A stretch of 62,299 bases of DNA, filler included, from Nemertoderma westbladi (Eukaryota > Animalia > Xenacoelomorpha): NCBI GenBank assembly GCA_032718475.1. It is 3 parts of 3 records of this genome, joined end to end, with 100 filler letters (N's around TTAATTAATTAA, not from the genome) between each part and the next. Parts side by side here need not be neighbours in the genome. Positions count along the whole stretch, not along the records: positions 1 to 21,576 come from JAUCBJ010008191.1; 2 more parts are not named here. The stretch is one strand, 5' to 3'. Both the position numbers and the translations under genes were made by a program. How positions within the stretch are numbered: the stretch's first letter is position 1; every line of letters begins with the position of its first letter. The notes under the pieces are model-generated. The model ran no database searches. It was given only the letters and a program-made list of their open reading frames with translations, and was not told the origin of the DNA. Below are positions 1 through 11,624 of the stretch, one piece after another.

Positions 1-3000
1 TTTTTCTAAAAAATGTAGAACATAATTTTTTTTAAATGAATAGCTAACATGTTCTTGAAGACTTTCTATACAAATAGTAATAAGAACTAGCTACAACAAA
101 ATATTTATAGAAGGGAAGTAGGATGTCGGAACCAGTGTCGAAATTACTAGCTAAACCTACATAAAACACTAGCTAACTACCATAGAAAACATATCTACTA
201 ATGTTCTAGAACACTTACCAATAACAAAAATCAAAGTATGAGTTCGGAAAATATACAGAAAATGTCATTAAAATTTTCCATTTTTGTTTATACATACCAT
301 AGTAATGCCATTTTAATTTATTGCCCAATTTTACCCTTCCATTTATTCTAACTAATTAATTTTAAGTAGCTAGTGTTATAATAATTTCTATAGCTAGTGT
401 TTTGGGTATAACTTTTCGCTGTATCCGAATCCGAATGCATTTGCTGTAACCGTTGTATGCAAGCCGGCACAGCATTCTTAAAAATGCAGCTGCAATGCGG
501 CATGCCGATCGTAGTAGTATGTATGTACATGCGCGTATGTGCGTCTGTATGTAATGCGCAATGGTTTCCCATTTGGATTTATCCGTATGCGATTTTAGAG
601 ATTAGGCATTGTAGTGCAGTAAACTGCACAAGCACACATGCAGACAGGTAGGCCTACTTAAGGCGTAGTGATTTAATTTATGCAGCTACCTCACAATGTG
701 CAAATAAACAATGCTGAGGTCCAGGTTGAGTGACAGATGGTGTCCTTCATACCCGGGATGCGCAACACCACTTGTTTTCTTGACTAACCGACTCCCGGTC
801 GGACTTGCTGGCACTCATTTGGACTTGACCCATAAATACACTCGGGTCATAATGCTGACAAGTGCTACTTTTCACACAATAATATAAATAATTATTATTT
901 ACCCCACCAAATCTTTTGTAATAGCTGGAGTACTTGCAAGTTGTTGTATTACCTATATTTTTTTTAAATTAATGATATATAACCAATATTGGCAACATAA
1001 ATATAACTCTAGATCATAATTTAAAAAAACTATTATGAAATGTTCTAACACTTTACACAAACACTAAAAGGTAACAGCTGGCAAATTTGTGCATTTTGGA
1101 ATAAAATTAATATGGGAGGACGGGCGGAACTCTAGCCCAAATTTTTTTGTTCTAGAACATTTTTTAGAAACGTTTTAGAACAATCTCACGTTAAAAATTC
1201 AATCCGAAATTTAATATAATTATAGATACTTTTGTTGATAATGCTATAAAATCTACTATGCTTAGTTTTATTTGTTTGGGTAACTCTAGGCCTATTTATA
1301 GTAACATTATTTGTAGTTGTTTGTATTTACAGTATAAATCCAGCATGTGAGTCCAGTTTATTTTCTAGTAAAATGTCCTATTTTGTTTCAATGGTGCTGT
1401 TCGGTAATTATTGATCTGTGAAATATCTGAGATTTTTATATTGATTATTTGTGCAATGCGTTGGATATTAATTGGTAGGCCGACTTGGGGGAGTGAACTA
1501 TCATCTTAGTAAAAGAACATTTCAGCGCGATAAGGGGTTGTAGTTGAATCAAGGAAACACAAAAAGTGTAATTCGCAATCAATCCAAACCAACTTTTTTG
1601 TATTCTAGAACAATAATAACTATTTAAGTGGTGGCCAAAAAAGTAGACTATTTTGTCGGGTAGTATTATTTGGCGAGCGTAGCGAGACAAATAAGAAACC
1701 AAGACAAAAAATGTTACTTTTTGCCACCACATACGTCATTTTATTTGTTGTAAATCTTCTCTCACTTTTATCTCGGCCTATTTCAGCATAAATATCGTCA
1801 ATCGAAGCTTCTTCCAAATGGCTTTATATAAAGCGAAATAGCAAAATATGTAATATAGGCCAGGCCCTATTATGATATGATATTACAATATTCAAGAATA
1901 TTAAATAACCCGTGGATACCATCAGCGAAATCTATTTAAATGCAATATTATTATTAATGTCATTGAAATTACTTTGAAATTTAATTCGAACATTACTTAT
2001 TTGTTGGCAAAAAAGTGTTATTTTTTTGTCAAACTTGTTAACGAATTTGACAAAAAAAAGTGACTTACAACAAATAAAATGTATAATTTTTGCTGTTTTC
2101 ATGTTTTTATTCATGGAAATACTACGGCGGCCGAGGAAAAGGAACAGTTGAAGAATAAGTTGAGAATTATTGACATTCTAGAATTATTTAAGAATTAAGA
2201 AATACTTTTATAAAAGGTAAAGTCTAAGATTAAGTAGTGAATTACTGATGTTCTAGAATAATTTAATTAAGTGAAGTTTATGAAGTTGAATTTGATTAAG
2301 TGAAGTAATTAAGTTAATTGTGGCAAAAGTTGTGGAAATGAAAATGGTAAGACTATAGAGGGAAACCAATTTTTCTATTGACTGACAATAAACTACGCCA
2401 GGAAACCAATGTTTTATATTGACTGACTATAAACTACGCCAGGTGCGACAACTTTTAACTTATTTTTAACAGTTTACTTAGTTCATGTTTTGTTATTATT
2501 ATTCAAAAGTTTAAATAATTCAAAAGTTATAGACTACAGTCATGTGATTTGTACGTAATGTTAGAATGCTCTGCCTGAAACCATATTGTTATTTTTTATA
2601 GTCTCGTCCATAAACCGTTACCGCTGTATATCTAGTTCACTTTTATATAACGTGCTTTTCGATTGTTGCATATTATATATTCATAACGAATTGTTGTTTG
2701 TATTTGGAATAATGGTTGTGATTGTGATTGATTTATTAATGATAATGTTTTTATTAATAATTATAAAGAGTATATTAATAAATATAATGTATTAATTGAT
2801 AATTATAATTAATTATAATGCGTCTCTTGTTAGTTTATACTGTAAATGAGTTAAATATAAATAAAAAGGGTTTTTAAAAAAAATTCCAATAATACCGAAA
2901 ACCAATACAAAACTTATTCCCAGCATATTCGGAAACTTGTCGCAAATTCTTTCGCGGCGAATAAATATCTCGTCTCAATGTTAAACTATCAATTAAGGAA

Positions 3001-3522
3001 AAGGAGCAGGTTGCAGTGGCACGGTATTCTGACCAAAATTATACTCTAAAGTCAAACTTTAGAGTAATTAATTAATTAATTAGAGTAATTAGAGTAATTT
3101 AGAATAGAACGGGTAACTGTTTTATTTTTGGGAGTAATCAGCTGTTATTTGCTTCGATTTTCCCCTGGAGAGGGAAGAATTATGATTGTTTTCGAAAGTC
3201 CCCCCCCCCCCCCCCACCCCCCTCCCTATCTGATTAAATTAGGGCTGATAGCTGAACAATATGAATTAATCAATTATTCAATATCCTAAAACAAAGCCAT
3301 AAATAATTAACTTGTATTCAGAAATTACCAGTTATTTATTATTTTTAAAATAATTAAATATTTATATTCGTATTCTCTATTACTCTCTACTCTACATATT
3401 TAAATTTTACAAATTTTATTGGTAATAAGTTTTATTTATAATTTACCGGTATTGGTGCTTAATGATTGTCTGTATACCGTAGTCCCCCCCCCCCCCCCCC
3501 CCCCCATATGCCATTTAGTTAA

Positions 3523-5118
3523 TTAAAAGTCTAAAGGATCTACCGCCCCACCCTTGGGGGCCGCCCTGCGCGGATTATTGGTGACGGTAGTGGATTTATT
3601 TCTGGAATTTATTCGCCCCTTTGGTGGCGGCAGTGGCGGAGGTGTGGCGCTGTATGGCGGAGGAGGGGGGAGGGGTTGAGCATCTTGTTTTTGCCGATCG
3701 AAATCCGATATGGATCGACTGTTTAGTTTGTCAAAACGAACAGCTTTCGGTTTCGAGTAAAGTCCCATAGTATCAACGTGCGGGTTCGCAGATTGCCGGC
3801 GTCGGGGGTCGTTTTTGCGCAGAAGATTTTCGATTTTATTTGCCTTCTCGCTTTGATGTAGAGCTTGTTCAGATTCAATGAAAGAACCTGAGGATGTTCT
3901 GTCGAACTGGACAGCTTTATCCTCGATGCTTAGCGGCGGAATTGTTCTGAACCTTCTAGAACGGCCTTTCCACGGCGGTGCAGATTTCTGGTTTCCAGTC
4001 TGCCTCGGCATGCCCAACATCTCAGCGCTACTAACCACTCTCGTCTTGTACGTTCTTTGTGCGTCACCGTCCATATGTTGGTCCGTTACCATGGTAGCAC
4101 GATGACCTCTCGGGGGCCGGTACTGACTCATGTAAGTCTGCTGCATCGGTATCAGAAACTCATCGGGGTCTACCTTTTCTACTTGAGATATCGGCCCCAA
4201 TTCCAGTTCGCTACTCAAATTTGCATTCGATTTTAATTCGTATCCCTTTAATTTGTTATGAAAGTCTGGAAGTCCATGTTTCCTGTTTGTTGGTAGGGGT
4301 TTTCGCCTTCTCTCTCTGACAACAGCGACGGGATTGTAACTTCTAACGTTGAATTCGTTGTCGGGATGAGGATAGAAGTTCATGTCGAGAGGATTTAATG
4401 AGTGATAATTACCGGTCAAATGTTTATGTGTTTGTTGTAGAATATCGAGTTCCTTTTCCCTCTGATCGTATGCGTCATCTGCAATATCATCCTCAACTTC
4501 TTCGACTTCTAAGACGCGAGCTTTCTTCTCGATGCTCTTCAACTTGTTTAGGATCTTCTTTGTTGACTGTCGTCTTTCTATATTCTTCTGCAGGAGGTTC
4601 TCTAAGTTTCCTATCCTATTGACGAGTATCTCGAACTCCTCCGCTGTGACCGACTCGAACTCGGGAGGTTGCCCCATCTGGCTGCACTCCCTGCGCTGCA
4701 TCCGGTTGCGTTGTACGATCTCCTTCCAGGAGGGGAGCCGTCGCAACATCCTCACCGGATCCCATTCGCCGACAGCTCGCGGCTGGTTCAACCAGTTACC
4801 CACCCGTCGCTCTGGTTGAACCTCCACCGGGTTACGTAATTTTGCTCGCTGATCGCGAATCGCTTCGACGACATTCTCAAGTTTTTTACTCGGATATTTG
4901 GGATATTTAAGAAGCATCGGTAAATCTGCGTTCATTCGGTTAATACCTCGTTTTTTATTTTCGTAATCCCCCTCGTCCATTACAGCAACCGTTTCTACCC
5001 AAGTGCTGTGTGGTTCTACTAATTTCTCGGATACGTGGTCGTACTCTCGGCTTGATGTAGCAGCTAGATTAGCCGGTAAATTCTCTGAAACGAGCATGGG
5101 ATCCGTTGTGAAAGTTAC
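3523..5118 (-). CDS. Terminal exon of an uncharacterised protein (coiled-coil segment, long disordered region, C-terminal poly-Pro with PPPY)
   Basis: Open 1.6-kb frame, more GC-rich than its flanks; acceptor tatttttaag|GTA at 5119/5118 in phase 0; ends ...PLPPPPPYSATPPPLPPPKGR...DPLDF-stop. No family recognised. Confidence 0.75.
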   Translation of the reverse strand, partial: VTFTTDPMLVSENLPANLAATSSREYDHVSEKLVEPHSTWVETVAVMDEGDYENKKRGINRMNADLPMLLKYPKYPSKKLENVVEAIRDQRAKLRNPVEVQPERRVGNWLNQPRAVGEWDPVRMLRRLPSWKEIVQRNRMQRRECSQMGQPPEFESVTAEEFEILVNRIGNLENLLQKNIERRQSTKKILNKLKSIEKKARVLEVEEVEDDIADDAYDQREKELDILQQTHKHLTGNYHSLNPLDMNFYPHPDNEFNVRSYNPVAVVRERRRKPLPTNRKHGLPDFHNKLKGYELKSNANLSSELELGPISQVEKVDPDEFLIPMQQTYMSQYRPPRGHRATMVTDQHMDGDAQRTYKTRVVSSAEMLGMPRQTGNQKSAPPWKGRSRRFRTIPPLSIEDKAVQFDRTSSGSFIESEQALHQSEKANKIENLLRKNDPRRRQSANPHVDTMGLYSKPKAVRFDKLNSRSISDFDRQKQDAQPLPPPPPYSATPPPLPPPKGRINSRNKSTTVTNNPRRAAPKGGAVDPLDF

Positions 5119-5384
5119 CTTAAAAATATAAGATACGATTATAAATAATTCGTTATGAAATCGAATTGTTTTATGAATTCTCATCGAAATGGCAATTTAT
5201 TTTGCTGCCAACTGAAAAACGTTTAATTCGGTTGGTTGAACATGAACATGATATACTTTCTGTATATTGTTATGTTACTTGAATTTACTCTAATATATTG
5301 TATTTTTCTCTAATAAATTGCGTAATTAATTAAACACAATTTATTGGAGTAAAATAAACAGAAATAATCGTCCCAAACTTTCTA

Positions 5385-7065
5385 CTGATTGAGTTGAAGA
5401 CACCCCCTGTTTTCTGGTTGAGTTGAAGACACCCCCTGTTTTCTGATTGAGTTTGAAGACACCCCCTGTTTTCTGGTTGAGTTGAAGACACCCCCTGTTT
5501 TCTGATTGAGTTTGAAGACACCCTAAGGTGACCAGATTCACAGAGTGCCAAAGCGGGACACCTAAACTGAGCCCAGTTTGGTGTGAAGAAAAGTCAGTTT
5601 ATCACCCAGTGAAAAACATTTCGTCCCTTTCATTTTCAAACAACCTAAATGACAAAATTGACTTTTCTGTAAAACGGCATTTTCGATTCTAATTTTGGTT
5701 GAAAGTAATATTCCAGGATTTTGGTCTTATTTACTTTTAAATCCATTAAATGTAACGATTTTAAACAAAAACAGTTATGGTATTGGAATTATGTAACATA
5801 TTAGGTAGGAAACAATGTATAGGGATATAGGTTGTTTCAAAAAAATATTATATTTTTTACAATGAAAGCATTAAAAGCCTTAAGACAAATTCGATTGTTA
5901 AGTTTTACAAATATAAATCAAATCTCCCTCTATCATAATAAACAACAATTCTAGCTCCCGATTCGTTGTTTCCTATTTTATATCAACGTTTCCCGGGCTT
6001 ACTCTATTTATAATAGTAAAATGTGTTATCTTTATAATTTTATTAGTTAATTGTTAGTTATCTTTATAAATTTATTAGTTTTATCTTTATAATGCGGTCT
6101 ATGCAAAACTGGCATATAGGTGGTTTTAAAACGTTAAATATCTCAGTTATACGTGGGAGTATGGCCTTCTAAGTGTGTTAATCAGATTCAGAATACATTT
6201 TAACATAAAGAAATGCAACAGTCTCCATTTCGGCAAAAATCGCATATAGGTGGTTTCAAAATGAAAGGGGCGATTTATGACTCGGGTGAAAAACGCGCCA
6301 GGAATGCGTCAGAACTCTGAACACATGTAGTTAGATTCCTTATAAATAATATCGAAAGCTATCATTTTGATCCAGATTCACTCTTGGCGATTAATAATAT
6401 CCGCCCAATCTTAATAATAATCAATTAAGGGAAAGGATCAGGTTATAGTGGCATGTTATTCTAATCAAAACAATCACCGAAAGGTTAAACATTTAAATAT
6501 TTTTCACCCGGGTGATAAACATTAAAAAATGGCAATAATAGGCCGCAATCAGCCACCGCACCATTCGGTTTGAACTGTCAAAGGAAAATGAAACAAATGA
6601 AGCTTTTTCGATATCTTTAAACATGAGTTCATCAGTAAACGGTAATATGCAGTCAATCAAAATCGCTACTCATTTCGTACGCGCACCGTAGGCCTACAAC
6701 AATTATAATATACTGTATAAATGGTTTTAGTTTCGATTTCAGTCAGGCCGTACAGGTAGTAGTGGTGGGTGAACTCAACAGCTGCAGTGCAGTGCGGCAG
6801 ATCAGTCATTTCAAATTTCCATACCATAAGGTTTAGTTCAGTTTAGAGTTAAAATAATTATATTCAACATTTCACTAGAAAAGCAGGATCGTTTCAGCCA
6901 AGGCGAGACAATCTGGCGTCCCGCCAGGCATCTCGGGGGACAATGTGACAGGGACTACAAAGCGGGACTGTCCCGCCGAAAGCGGGACGTCTGGACACCT
7001 TAAGACACCCCCTGTTTTCTGATTGAGTTTGAAGACACCCCCTGTTTTCTGATTTAGTTTGATTG
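5385..7065. repeat. 29-30 bp minisatellite (gagttgaagacaccccctgttttctgatt), split by a hAT insertion
   Basis: About 4-5 units at 5385-5523 and about 2 more at 7003-7065. Confidence 0.85.
5524..7002. mobile_element. Non-autonomous hAT element (Blackjack-like termini)
   Basis: TIR taaggtgaccaga / tctggacacctta (1 mismatch); perfect 8-bp TSD agacaccc (5516-5523, 7003-7010); subterminal gcgggac repeats; no transposase ORF. Confidence 0.85.
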
Positions 7066-7232
7066 ATTTGACTGATAGAGTTCTGATTGGAATTTCAACT
7101 TAAAGGGCTGCGGGGTATTACGTAGGATGTGAAGGTGAATATAGTATTTGTTATCTTTATATTTGTATTTGTTTTCTACTTTCTACTCCATACCGTATCT
7201 AAACTGATTTGATTATATTAGCGAAGACTTAC

Positions 7233-7466
7233 TTTTTTATCGTAATTATCCGACTCTATAGCCATTGGGGGTACGTTGGCTCTGGGGTCGTTTTGGGAGA
7301 GATGGAATCCCGATTGTAGATGTGGTTGCTCGAAAGTAAACTGTTGGTCCGTGGGACCAGCAGACGTGGGGTAGAACCCCTGCCGGGATAAATGCTGCAT
7401 TGTTGGCCCGGTATTCTTAGCCACCGAAACTAACGTGGTAACGTGAAGAACAAATACCAATAACAC
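7233..7466 (-). CDS. Upstream exon of the same uncharacterised gene (hydrophobic stretch VLLVFVLHVTTLVSVA then a polar region)
   Basis: Acceptor ggttag|GTG at 7467/7466; donor AAA|gtaagt at 7233/7232; phase 0 joins DKK to VTF of the 5118 exon. Confidence 0.6.
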
Positions 7467-7612
7467 CTAACCAATAACACCTAACCAATAACATCTAACC
7501 AATAACACCTAACCAATAACACCTAACCAATAACACCTAACCAATAACACCTAACCAATAACACCTAACCAATAACACCTAACCAATAACACCTAACCGA
7601 ACACCTAATCAA
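7456..7612. repeat. 14-bp tandem repeat (taacacctaaccaa), about 11 copies, spanning a splice acceptor
   Basis: Units start at 7461, 7475, 7489 and so on to about 7600. Confidence 0.95.
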
Positions 7613-8402
7613 TTTATTACAAAATTACTTATATACGAATAATATATCCGGTTGGCACTTGTAAATGGAACTCAATAATATGGAAATAGAAAATTGGAAA
7701 TATTATAATTCTTGGCGCCTAACAACTAATTTATTACAAAGGTAGCCTGCATTACTATGGTTACCAGAGAATACTTCACCTACTCACTACTCAACTCGGG
7801 CCAGGATTTTACTGCATTAGTAAAACTACTTACTGTACTGTATCACTATCTCCATCACTAACAAACCCAATCAGAATTCATAGTCATTGCGGAATACCAT
7901 GTGTGCGCCCAGTGCCGTTGTTTTCTTTGCCCGGGGGCATTTGGAAATTGCCCCCCTTTAAATTACTTATTATTTTTAAACCACGAAGGCTGTGCAAATA
8001 AAGTTTTGTTTGTTGTTTTGGTTAGAAAACACCGCCAAAGTAAGCTCCACCTTTTCCTTAGTGTTTTCAACCAAATAAAATCAATTTTCCAACAAACCCA
8101 CTCACTCCCCTCGCTGCCCCCGATGCCCTCTTTAGCACCACAACCCCTCGCTGCCACAAACTGCCCTACCAGCAATTAAGTTTTTACTAAAAATGTTGCC
8201 ATTGATTAATTGGTGTGATATCCAGTTTGAATGCGAAGTTATACGATTGCAATAATGCAATTCCAATGTTCTGTTATCGTGCCGTTATGATCTGAGCTGC
8301 GTATTTTATCCCTCTACAACAGCTGCTGGTTAAAGCTATTTCCAATATCAGTTTCCATGGTGCGTCATTTCTGTAGCATAATGTTTAGCTGCGAGTTATC
8401 AT

Positions 8403-8474
8403 GGGGGTATAGCTCAGTGGTAGAGCATTCGACTGCAGATCGAGAGGTCCCCAGTTCAAATCTGGGTGCCCCCT
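8403..8474 (+). tRNA. trnC-GCA: tRNA-Cys(GCA)
   Basis: GGGGGTA/TGCCCCC acceptor stem, GCTC/GAGC D arm, TTCGA-CTGCAGA-TCGAG anticodon arm, TTCAAAT T loop, T discriminator, T-run terminator about 10 nt downstream. Confidence 0.97.
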
Positions 8475-8524
8475 TAAAGGTACATTTTTTACAATAAAGT
8501 CAACAAAATTGTTATAGTTTTCGA

Positions 8525-8568
8525 ATTCACGCTAACTCAACTATGGAAAAAGTTGAGTTAGCGTGAAT
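8525..8568. repeat. Perfect 18-bp inverted repeat
   Basis: attcacgctaactcaact - atggaaaa - agttgagttagcgtgaat. Confidence 0.9.
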
Positions 8569-8969
8569 CGAGCTTTCACTTTTCACTTTCACTATAATAA
8601 AATTAATTAAGGTGAGAAGATGCCTACACATACTGCCACATTAAACTGCTTAATAATGTCAACGTAGTACTTGTCTCCACTACAATCCTTGTTGCGCTCG
8701 TCCTGTTTTGTCAGAAAATTATCCTAAACGTCTCCTGATAACGACCTTTGTAACTATGCAAAGTTCGAAACTGTGTGAGTAACTGCTGATTTATGTGAGA
8801 TGGATGGATGATACATATTATTATTATTATTATATTTGATTTAATTCGCACAAGGCGACGATCATGGTAAAAGGAAATAAAAATGTACGCACATGCACAG
8901 TAATGAGCTAGCTAAAAATTTAAGATACATTACTAAAATTCTATCAAACTGTGCTACTGTTTCGCGTAT

Positions 8970-9014
8970 CATACATACATACATACATACATACATACAT
9001 ACATACATACATAC
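8970..9014. repeat. (CATA)n microsatellite
   Basis: Direct reading; another copy at about 52957-52988. Confidence 0.95.
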
Positions 9015-11223
9015 CAATGCAGAATCTATGTTTTTCTTTGTGATTTAATGTTTATATTTATATTATTGTGGACTCACTTTGCTTGGCGTTATTTTTATAT
9101 TAATGTTTATTTATATTTGTAATATTGTTCTACCGGTTTTTACTGTGGGCACTATTGCCTGGTTGGTATTAAGAAAGAAATGAATAAAATATCGTGTAGG
9201 TGGCTGAAAATGCAAGATATCTGTCGCCACTCGTGGACACAATTTCTTTGCATCCCGTTGCAGACTGAGTAATTAATAATTCAAATAATCTAGAACGTTA
9301 CCAGACAATGAGATACACACGATTCAATAAATAGCATCTTACAATTTAATGATAACAAACTAATCCATGTTTTAAATGTTTACAACAGCAGATCATTTAA
9401 GGGGGGAGGGGTAGTTGGTTTTGGTAAACTTTTAGAAATGTTTATAATACACCACAGTACTACTACTACATTGGATACCAGAACATATTCTGAAAGGTAA
9501 TTGTTCGGACTTTCCATTCCCACACCTAATATACTCGCTTCTGATTGGCTAATAGCCAATCATTTTGATTTTGATTGGTCCTTTCTTAAAATGTATCTCC
9601 TACAATTTTGAGTATTTTGATCTGAAAATTGGTGAGTACGTGCACTGACTAACCCTTTATAGAATCCATAAAGGATTTCGTTTTCAAAATGATTTTATTG
9701 TACTTTTTTGACACGAAGTCATAAAATTTTCATTTTTATAGACTCCACAAGCTTTAATCTAACTTTTCGCGAGAACTAAAGCAAAATTCAAAAATCCATG
9801 TATGGAATCTGTTCAGGAGAGACAGGGCTGAAGGAGGAGATACATTTTTAGTGACTAAAAGTGACCAAAAATGAAATACAGTAGGAGTAAATGACAAAAT
9901 CAAAATGTCGTTTTTTTGAACCTTCCCGCGCAAACTGTCGGTGAATATGAAAGAATGTCAGTTAAATAATGTCCGACAGTAAGGTTGATGATAAACTAAC
10001 TAAAAATTATTTTGTTATGGGGTATTTGTGGTCGGAGAATTCATTTCCGACGTCAATTTGTATGTTTGATGGAATCTAGGATGTCTGTCTATCTATCTGT
10101 CTGCTATAGTTGGTTGCCCCAAAATACTTCTATAAGACATCTAACAATATTATTAATGGTATTAGAAGATAGATCACCCGTACATGAGATGCTGAACAAA
10201 GTATTTTACATGTATATAAATTTCAGTAGAGTGAAGAGTAGTAGTAAAAGTATAATTTTTTTGGATTATATATGTTTTTTTAACAAGAGAAAAAGGATAT
10301 ATTTATTCGTAGGATTCATATTATATAATTTTATATTATATAAAGACTTTACGTTTTTTAAATAATGTTTTTTATATTTGTTTCCGAATTATGCGAATAC
10401 CGATTTTTTCCCTTGTAAATTGGAATCTAATTCCAAATGGTGTCGTTGATCCAATTGCTTTGGGTTATAGTTAAATTTAACAGCTTTATGGTCGCCAGCC
10501 TATGCCTGGAACGCCAAATAGTCTCCAAAAGTAAATTTTAACATTTTTGGACTCCCCTTTGCGGCTGGCGGCGGAATTTATAATTTAACTAAAAACACTA
10601 CTAGTCCCTCAATCTTGGCTACAAAATTTATCTTATAGAAATTTTAATTAGCTAATTTTAATTAAATTAGTTAATTATAATTATTTTGATTAAAATCAGC
10701 TATTACATGGAATATGAGATTTTTTCGAAATATTATAACGCCAGAAGTAGAGCAATAGCGTAAGGAACAATGTGGTGAGTGAAGCGGGTTAACTATATTG
10801 ACCAATACACGAATGAGTATAGATATATATATAAAGCAATGACAGTCAGAAGAAGTAACAACAACAGATCGGTCATCGGTACGCAACACGCTGTGCTGTA
10901 CCGGTACTACACAGACAGACCTATACTTCTATCTGGTAGTTGGCAGTGCCGTCAGTACCAGGGATGGCAGATAGACGGGCAGGGCCTAAACCGGCTGGCG
11001 CAATTTCTTTCGTCTTTTTACCTCTGGGTATTTCTCCTGTTCGGTACACAACACAAAATATCAGTTCGTAACGAATATTACGTAATTAGGAAAGGACTCG
11101 TACTTAACAAACGAAAACAAATTCAAAAATACAAACGAAGCAATTAAACTAGCGTAAATAATATGTAAGCGCATAACTAAGATAGATAGGGTGTTATGAG
11201 ATTGCTAACAAAAACTTTAGTAC

Positions 11224-11309
11224 AAAAAAAAACAGTTGGCTTTCCTAAGGATCGAACTCGAGACCGACATGTTACGGTTCGGGCGCTCTGCCACCTGAGC
11301 TACAGGGGT
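11224..11309 (-). ncRNA. Degenerate tRNA-like Pol III cassette (A box, B box, T-run)
   Basis: Minus strand: TAGCTCAGGTGGCAGAGC (D arm/A box), GAGTTCGATCC (B box), long T-run; the acceptor stem does not pair, so it is not a functional tRNA. Confidence 0.6.
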
Positions 11310-11624
11310 TATTAAGGTCAACTGAATCAGTAGTAAATTTTACACGGTAAAACATTACTCAAAAATGATTGCGCTAAAAATATAAATTTGAATTTATGAC
11401 AACACCTAAAGCATGACCAAAACTATGGTGGGGTACAACGAAACAACCTAATGGTAGGGCGAAAGCTAGTTTAGAATTGGGAGTCCATCATACGTCGGGT
11501 AGGACGTATGTAGGTAGAACGAATTCAGAACTGTGAATGGAACTGGAGACAGGCTGCGTTGGGGCGAGTCATGTGACAAGGTGCAACTGTCCGGGAATGT
11601 GGGATTGCAAACCTAGTAACCTAG

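Noticed and set aside
1-2300. Clustered ttctagaa heat-shock elements
   Set aside because: The motif also recurs near 50220 in similar context, so more likely part of an AT-rich interspersed repeat; no nearby gene start identified.
6595-6640. Minus-strand hammerhead (CTGATGA...CGAAA)
   Set aside because: Stems I and II do not pair.
7456-7612. Interstitial telomere (TTAGG)
   Set aside because: The unit is 14 bp with a single TTAGG; not a telomeric array.
11224-11309. Functional tRNA gene
   Set aside because: Acceptor stem unpaired, anticodon arm irregular, T stem weak.
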